From the IMG/VR virus record IMGVR_UViG_2695420876_000008: DNA of 21,109 nt. One strand, given 5' to 3'. Below the pieces are notes generated by a model that was given only the letters and a program-made list of their open reading frames with translations, did no database searches and was not told where the DNA came from. The stretch's first letter is position 1, and the number at the start of each line of letters is the position of its first letter. Shown here in pieces: positions 15,640 through 21,109 of the stretch. The stretch is from a virus (taxonomy: Duplodnaviria; Heunggongvirae; Uroviricota; Caudoviricetes). The position numbers and the translations under genes were made by a program.

Positions 15640-16869
15640 ATGGCAAAAATCGCTAAGAAGCTCACTGACACTGAAATCAAAAGCACCAAGCCAGCCGATA
15701 AAGAAATCAACTTGTTTGACGGTGATGGTCTGATTCTACGAATCGCTCCTTTGGCGAAAGGAGGCAAGAAAAATTGGTATTTCAGGTATGCAGTACCAGT
15801 GAGCAAGAAAAGAACCAAAATGAGCCTTGGGACATATCCTCACCTTACCCTTGCAAGAGCCAGAGCCTTACGTGATGAATATCTCTCCTTTCTGGCAAAT
15901 GGTGTTGATCCCCAAATCCATAACAACGATAAGGCGAAGGCATTAAAGAGTGCTACTGAGCACACTCTCCAAGCCGTAGCGCGGAAATGGTTAGATGAGA
16001 AGGTAAAGACATCAGGTATCTCACAAGACCATGCAGCAGACATCTGGCGCAGCTTAGAGAGAAATGTCTTTCCCGGTCTGGGTAATGTCCCTATCAATGA
16101 GATCCGACCTAAGCTCTTAAAACAACACCTTGATCCTATTGAGCAACGAGGCGTATTGGAAACTCTACGCCGTATCATTTCACGTCTGAATGAAATCTTC
16201 CGGTGGGCAGCTACTGAAGAACTTATTGAGTTCAACCCGGCTGACAACCTTGGTCAAAGATTCAGTAAACCAAAAAAGCAAAATATGCCTGCCCTTCCCC
16301 CAAGCGAATTGCCAAGGTTTATGGAATCTTTGACGAATGCGTCAATCCGGTTGGAAACACGTATGCTAATTGAATGGCAATTGTTGACATGGGTTCGTCC
16401 GGGTGAAGCCGTTCGCGCAAGGTGGTCTGATATTGATACAACCAACAGCATTTGGAACATTCCTGCTGATTTCATGAAAATGAAAAAGCTTCACAAAGTT
16501 CCTTTGAGTAAAGAAGCTTTGCGCATCCTTGAATTAATGAAATCAATAAGTGGGCATAGAGAATGGGTTTTCCCCAGCATAAAAGCGCCTCTTAATCATA
16601 TGCATGAACAAACAGCCAACGCAGCTATCATCCGAATGGGGTTCGGAGGCGAGCTTGTAGCTCACGGTATGCGTTCTATTGCACGAACAGCGGCAGAGGA
16701 GTCTGGTAAATTCAGAGCTGAAGTTCTTGAGGCAGCGCTTGCCCACTCGAAAAAAGATGAAATTATCGCAGCATACAATCGTGCAGAATATCTGATAGAG
16801 CGACAGAGTTTGATGCAATGGTGGAGTGATTACGTTCAAGCTCAAAGATCAAATGCTCTGGTAGCCTAA
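15640..16869 (+). CDS. P4-family tyrosine integrase (IntA/CP4-57-like, tRNA/tmRNA-site class)
   Basis: MAKIAKKLTDTEIKSTKPADKEINLFDGDGLILRIAP... N-terminal arm-type domain and C-terminal catalytic domain (HGMRSIARTAA, ...AYNRAEYL); lies directly downstream of the ssrA 3' fragment; start at ATG 15640 with SD GAGGG, not the track's 15598. Confidence 0.85.
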   Translation: MAKIAKKLTDTEIKSTKPADKEINLFDGDGLILRIAPLAKGGKKNWYFRYAVPVSKKRTKMSLGTYPHLTLARARALRDEYLSFLANGVDPQIHNNDKAKALKSATEHTLQAVARKWLDEKVKTSGISQDHAADIWRSLERNVFPGLGNVPINEIRPKLLKQHLDPIEQRGVLETLRRIISRLNEIFRWAATEELIEFNPADNLGQRFSKPKKQNMPALPPSELPRFMESLTNASIRLETRMLIEWQLLTWVRPGEAVRARWSDIDTTNSIWNIPADFMKMKKLHKVPLSKEALRILELMKSISGHREWVFPSIKAPLNHMHEQTANAAIIRMGFGGELVAHGMRSIARTAAEESGKFRAEVLEAALAHSKKDEIIAAYNRAEYLIERQSLMQWWSDYVQAQRSNALVA

Positions 16870-16907
16870 GTATCAGAATAGCTAATATAATCCTGAAGGT
16901 AAAGAAA

Positions 16908-17324
16908 ATGGAAACCCTATTCAAAGTTTTTGAAAAATTTAGTTCCAGACCACTTTTTTTTATTTTTTTCGGACTCTCACTTTGTGAATTTTTTCAGAAA
17001 CAATCTGTTCTGATGAATCCATCAGCAGATAACATCGCGAAATTATTCGCAGCCATGATATTAGTTGTTTTTTTTACTTGGGGATTTGAATGGCTAATCT
17101 TCAAGTTCAATGTAAACCTTGAACCTCATGATCAAGGCGATATTGGACCAACAATTGGAACGGCTACTTTAGCTGTATACTTAGTTTATGCCTTTCACTT
17201 TCTCAGTGAAAATCCTGAAGCATTAAATTTAAAGTTATTAACTAACTCTGGCTTTATATACAGCACAACTCTATTATTATTCTCATTAGAATGCATGAAG
17301 CTTAGAAGACTTAAACAAAAATAA
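16908..17324 (+). CDS. Hypothetical multi-pass membrane protein (138 aa), AT-rich island
   Basis: ORF with several hydrophobic helices (PLFFIFFGLSLCEFF, LFAAMILVVFFTWGFEWLIF, ATLAVYLVYAFHFL, IYSTTLLLFSL). Confidence 0.6.
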   Translation: METLFKVFEKFSSRPLFFIFFGLSLCEFFQKQSVLMNPSADNIAKLFAAMILVVFFTWGFEWLIFKFNVNLEPHDQGDIGPTIGTATLAVYLVYAFHFLSENPEALNLKLLTNSGFIYSTTLLLFSLECMKLRRLKQK

Positions 17325-17395
17325 ACAACATCATTGTGATGATAAATATAAAATAGGCATGGCGAAAAAAAATCACCACGCCTAAAATATAATAA

Positions 17396-19144
17396 TTATG
17401 GTAGCATCATTGATACATAATCCACACCAATCCTTGAGCTATACTGAGACGCTATAGCCTGATATCTTTCTGCATAACCAGTTCTCAGTTGAGATTTAAG
17501 TTTGAGTCGGACAGGAACATTTTGCACGTTGCCATCCATATTACTTAAAAACACGGCAGAAATAATATTTTTTTCTTCGCCATCAACTGTTGTTCCATGA
17601 TTCAACACCACCATATAATCAACAACAGGAAGCGTTTTATCCCCTTCGAAAATAGAGAGATATTTTCTTTGATTTTTATGCATTACATATATATATTTCG
17701 AATGTTCAGCAAATGGCAATGCTTTACTCTGACTGGCGTTAAAAAGCTCCAGAACTTTAATGAGCCTGTGCGGACTTAATCTTACATGGTGAGGGTCGTT
17801 ACCCTGAGTAGGAACCAAATCACATGCCGCAGATACACATAAATACCATTTGTTCGACTCTGTATCAAAGAAAATAGTGCCAGTAGAAATATGACCATCT
17901 TCAAAATTCTTTGAAGACAAATTCATATTTAAAGCATGATACATTTCGTGATAAGTATCATTATTTGATGGCAGATCCATTTTTGAAGAGCAATATTGGA
18001 GCAATGCAGCAACTCCGCTGTTAGCGTATTCATTTGAATAGCTATCAAAAACACTTTTGATAAATTCATCCAGCGTATTATTATTTTTAAGTCTTTGATA
18101 AAGCTCTTCTGATAAATTACCAAATACAAAGTCAATATTTCTACATCTAATATCAGGCGAGTCTGATTTTAATATCTCATTTAACCACGCAGCTTGACCG
18201 TAATGATCGTTAGCCAAATGATTTACAAAAGATAAAGCCTCAGCTTCGATTGCATTCTGAATTTCAGATTTTATTAACTGATAATAAGATGGTTTCCATT
18301 CAATGAGAGAATCATTGAGAGTTTGCCAAATCCTATCTCCATCGTTTTCATGATCATCTTGAACCTTATGAAATAGGGAGACAAAGATATTACCACATTG
18401 AATCCATTTTACTCCGCTTTCATCACCCCGAATGACATTGCCAGATGTGTTGCTAGAAATAATTGCATTTCTAGACACAGCATATTCTGCAATCATTTTT
18501 GCAATGAAGTTTTTATCCTTTTGTTCCTCCAACACAGCATCATCATGTATTAATCTTTTAATTCTTCTACAAGGCTTACTGTCTTTAATATAGGCTATTG
18601 TTTCATCTCTTGTGAGAGCTTTATTACCATTATCATTTAAGTTCGGTAATACAACGTCTTCCCAATAACTTTGGACATCTTCATTATCGTAGTCAATGAT
18701 CAAGCTGTTGATATCCAGAGCACCTTTGAGAGTCGATGATATCTGCATCCAAACCGTTTCTAAATTCTCTCTAGTATATATTACAATCATATTTAAATGA
18801 TCGGAGTCTTTCAAATCTTGTAATAGTTTAAGTGTTTTATCAGGTGCATTATTATCAAGATGATAATCTACAATAATAAGATCTGATTTTCTAATCCGAT
18901 CCACATCGAAATTAACAGAACCATTGTCAACATCACAAATCATATTTTTAGATTGAAAAAAGCTCTCAAGAGTAGCGGCTCGTTTAGATGAGTCAATTTT
19001 GTTGTAGTCTAAATCAACTTCGTTATTCAACGCCCTGATTGATTCAGAATACGTCAGAAAATCGTCATCAATCATGACAACGGAACGAATTGCATTTTCG
19101 CAGAAAGTTTTCTGGACAAGAGAATTATAATTTGCCACTGTCAT
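17396..19144 (-). CDS. Receiver (REC-like) domain protein fused to a ~430-aa C-terminal domain of unknown function; no DNA-binding output domain recognised
   Basis: N-terminal REC-like motifs VVMIDDD, DLIIVDYHL, MIVIYT; large uncharacterised C-terminal region. Start at ATG 19144 preferred (SD GGAG upstream; one nt after the kinase stop) over the track's 19162. Confidence 0.7.
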   Translation of the reverse strand: MTVANYNSLVQKTFCENAIRSVVMIDDDFLTYSESIRALNNEVDLDYNKIDSSKRAATLESFFQSKNMICDVDNGSVNFDVDRIRKSDLIIVDYHLDNNAPDKTLKLLQDLKDSDHLNMIVIYTRENLETVWMQISSTLKGALDINSLIIDYDNEDVQSYWEDVVLPNLNDNGNKALTRDETIAYIKDSKPCRRIKRLIHDDAVLEEQKDKNFIAKMIAEYAVSRNAIISSNTSGNVIRGDESGVKWIQCGNIFVSLFHKVQDDHENDGDRIWQTLNDSLIEWKPSYYQLIKSEIQNAIEAEALSFVNHLANDHYGQAAWLNEILKSDSPDIRCRNIDFVFGNLSEELYQRLKNNNTLDEFIKSVFDSYSNEYANSGVAALLQYCSSKMDLPSNNDTYHEMYHALNMNLSSKNFEDGHISTGTIFFDTESNKWYLCVSAACDLVPTQGNDPHHVRLSPHRLIKVLELFNASQSKALPFAEHSKYIYVMHKNQRKYLSIFEGDKTLPVVDYMVVLNHGTTVDGEEKNIISAVFLSNMDGNVQNVPVRLKLKSQLRTGYAERYQAIASQYSSRIGVDYVSMMLP

Positions 19145-19145
19145 A

Positions 19146-19982
19146 TTAGAACTCCACTCCATTGAACTGGATCACAAAATTAGCGCCATCTTTTATTAAA
19201 TAGTTATCGCCTTCATCAGGTTCTGAATACCATATTTTATGATGTGCAACAGCAAGGTTTTCTCGACATAGATACAGACCTACCCCATGTCCATTTGCTC
19301 TTTTGCTATAAAATAGTTCAAATAGTCGCGGGATATCATCGGTATCAATTGCCGGACCAGAATTTGCTATGATAACCAAAGAATTCACAAAACCAATCTT
19401 TATGAGCCTATTATTTGACAGACTGACCCAATACATTGCATTGTTGATAATATTAGTAAAAACAGGATAGATCCTTGATGGTATATCTGTTATTGCGATT
19501 TGCTTAAACTCTTCACTAAATTCAATAGTTATTCGTTGCCGTTCGAAACGCTCCCCAAAGAACTTCAGGACATAATCCATGATATTTTTTCCAGTTATTC
19601 TCTGCCTGGATTGATAACCTGATATTTTCAAAGGTGATAAGAAACGTATTTGTTGAGTAAGCGATCTGTGAGCATTTAACGCCAATGAAAAACCAGGGTG
19701 TTCTTTTACAGAAGTAGGAAGAGAGTTTAGTCCTCTGGTTACCATAGAATCCATTTCTTCAAGTTCATGAGATATTATCTCAACACTAATACCTAACTGT
19801 GCAAGCGCGTTTAAACTTTTAGCTTTTTCTTCAAAATATGAGCGTTCTTCTTCAGATAATGAGAATGCTGAATCTAAGTTTATACCTTCAAATAATCTAT
19901 CGAGACCTTTTATTATTGATTGATATTTGAAAGTTAGGGTATCAACTGACTCAACATATAAACTATCGAGCAAATTAAACAC
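19146..19982 (-). CDS. Histidine kinase core (DHp H-box + HATPase_c), cytoplasmic; start uncertain
   Basis: H-box ISHELEEMDS; N-box YPVFTNIINNAMYW; G1-like IANSGPAIDTDD; G2 GHGVGLYL. No ATG near the 5' end (track start is GTG); the frame stays open upstream to 20111. Confidence 0.7.
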   Translation of the reverse strand: MFNLLDSLYVESVDTLTFKYQSIIKGLDRLFEGINLDSAFSLSEEERSYFEEKAKSLNALAQLGISVEIISHELEEMDSMVTRGLNSLPTSVKEHPGFSLALNAHRSLTQQIRFLSPLKISGYQSRQRITGKNIMDYVLKFFGERFERQRITIEFSEEFKQIAITDIPSRIYPVFTNIINNAMYWVSLSNNRLIKIGFVNSLVIIANSGPAIDTDDIPRLFELFYSKRANGHGVGLYLCRENLAVAHHKIWYSEPDEGDNYLIKDGANFVIQFNGVEF

Positions 19983-20059
19983 ATTTTCAATTTGTGAATC
20001 ATTATCTATTGAATCAACAACTGATATAGTTTTAGCATAATAATCACTTCGATCAACCT

Positions 20060-20863
20060 TTATTTCATCGGCCCATTTTTTAAAAGAGAATGTATCTTCT
20101 CCTCTATCGTGTTATTAAACTTAGTTAGTTTAGAATTAATAATACCTTGATTTTTTTCAAGGTGATTTTTCGCTGACAATGAAGGCTCAAGTTTATTTAA
20201 TTCAGAATCAAGTTTATTAATTGCTAACTTCATTTGTAGAATATACGCAGAGAACTCATTAAATTTATCTCTGTAGTCTCTATATTTCTCTTCATACATT
20301 CCAAGTTTTGGAGGTTTGATAGGCGTTTTAATTTCACTGCGCAACGCATCTAAGTTTGTAAGATCACTGTCTATAATTTTAAGATAGTTTAAATCTAACG
20401 AACCATCAGTTTTATCAAGCTTAGTTTTCAGCCTTTTAACAGCCTCCAAGGAAGCATCAAGAACTGGTGTCTGATTCTTCAAAGCTTCTGAAAAACTTTT
20501 TTGTGTTGATTTTCGAGCTTGTTGTTGAGCAGATTTTCTTAACTCTTTTTCACGCTTAACTTGTTCTAAAAGCTCTTTACGGTCATCAGAACGTGAACCA
20601 AAAAATCTATCAGCAAGTTCAGTTAACAAATTAGATATAATAGTTTTCAGTTCTCTTGCAGCCTGGTTTCTTATGAATCCCTCTCTCCCCGACTTATCTT
20701 TCAGCTCTTTATTACTGGATTGAGTAATTCCAATATAACCAAAAATCCTTCTATTAGACCAATAATATCGCCCTGCATTCCATGAACGTCTTTCTTCTAT
20801 CTGGAAGAAATCATTATCTACTCGACCATAAGGTAATACTCTCAAGCTATCCCTAAAAATCAT
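20060..20863 (-). CDS. Coiled-coil-rich protein (267 aa); probably the N-terminal/linker part of the adjacent sensor kinase, itself likely 5'-truncated
   Basis: ORF starts at ATG 20863, but the frame is open for 42 more codons upstream, up to the IS3 junction at 20985; K/E-rich heptad-like sequence; separated from the kinase frame at the run CTTTTAAAAAATGGG (20071-20085). Confidence 0.5.
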   Translation of the reverse strand: MIFRDSLRVLPYGRVDNDFFQIEERRSWNAGRYYWSNRRIFGYIGITQSSNKELKDKSGREGFIRNQAARELKTIISNLLTELADRFFGSRSDDRKELLEQVKREKELRKSAQQQARKSTQKSFSEALKNQTPVLDASLEAVKRLKTKLDKTDGSLDLNYLKIIDSDLTNLDALRSEIKTPIKPPKLGMYEEKYRDYRDKFNEFSAYILQMKLAINKLDSELNKLEPSLSAKNHLEKNQGIINSKLTKFNNTIEEKIHSLLKNGPMK

Positions 20864-20984
20864 TAGTCCTGCATACTTTTTGGCCTTAAGATCAAAGTGG
20901 GAATGTTCACGTTCAGTATGTGATGTATTTTGTGAAAGGAATTCAAACGTTCCTATCTGAAGCTCAAATGGGCCGACCCCTGCG

Positions 20985-21109
20985 TGATCCTACCCACGTA
21001 ATATGGACACAGGCCTAAGCGAGGTTCTTGTTTTCAAATTGTTCCGGACTGAGGCCGCCACACCAACTGTGCCGCCGCCACCGATTGTAATCACATTCGA
21101 TATAATTAA
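20985..21109 (-). mobile_element. IS3-family insertion sequence, terminal ~125 bp (terminal inverted repeat TGATCCTACCCACGTAATATGGACAC...); remainder beyond the right edge
   Basis: Terminal repeat begins at 20985; minus-strand 21109-21015 encodes ...[30 protein letters not shown], which matches my recollection of the IS3 transposase (InsF/OrfB) C-terminus; abrupt GC shift relative to the AT-rich island. Confidence 0.7.
21015..21109 (-). CDS. IS3-family transposase (OrfB/InsF-like), C-terminal 30 codons; 5' part beyond the window
   Basis: Hand translation of the minus strand gives [30 protein letters not shown] followed by TAG at 21017-21015. Confidence 0.65.

Noticed and set aside
15268-15818. 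ORFs 15268-15510 (+), 15497-15733 (+) and 15507-15818 (-) around the att site
   Set aside because: They span the ssrA fragment and terminator or overlap the integrase N-terminus; the integrase starting at 15640 explains the coding signal.
17325-17395. Imperfect hairpin AGGCATGGCG-A8TCA-CCACGCCT between the convergent membrane gene and the receiver gene, as a bidirectional terminator
   Set aside because: The stem is imperfect and the A-run sits in the loop rather than flanking the stem; too weak to call a feature.
1-21109. CRISPR arrays, rRNA genes, long terminal inverted repeats
   Set aside because: No regularly spaced direct repeats of 24-48 bp with unique spacers and no rRNA-like sequence were seen on reading; the only tandem repeats are short (CCCCCCTTA x2, ATGCACGT x2).

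Overview
The window is a mosaic of mobile DNA, read here from sequence alone with all homology calls made from memory (no searches run). (1) Positions 1-~15474 are the regulatory/replication/integration arm of a lambdoid prophage, inverted relative to the lambda map: a partial NanS-p-like esterase gene and a Q antiterminator (late region, no toxin genes between them), then a tightly coupled minus-strand block (SF2 helicase, Zn-ribbon/TOPRIM primase, a 285-aa protein, Q), a 410-bp structured intergenic region, a Cro-like/CI-like immunity switch with a 20-bp palindromic operator, and a plus-strand early-left arm of small accessory genes (HTH protein with two small acidic proteins, SPFH lipoprotein operon, ORF6N protein, a frameshifted DnaN-like mini-clamp, Xis-like, a frameshifted tyrosine integrase). 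A two-gene cassette with a structured leader sits between the integrase and an ssrA (tmRNA) 3'-end fragment. (2) From ~15435 a P4-family integrase follows the ssrA fragment and opens an AT-rich island. (3) That island carries the most unusual feature: a histidine kinase plus a receiver domain fused to a ~430-aa unrecognised domain, with no DNA-binding output. Its upstream gene runs open into a partial IS3-family element at the right edge and is separated from the kinase by a frame break at a T4A6 run. Three frame breaks in 21 kb mean either real decay or sequencing error. No CRISPR array, rRNA or intact tRNA/tmRNA gene was found.
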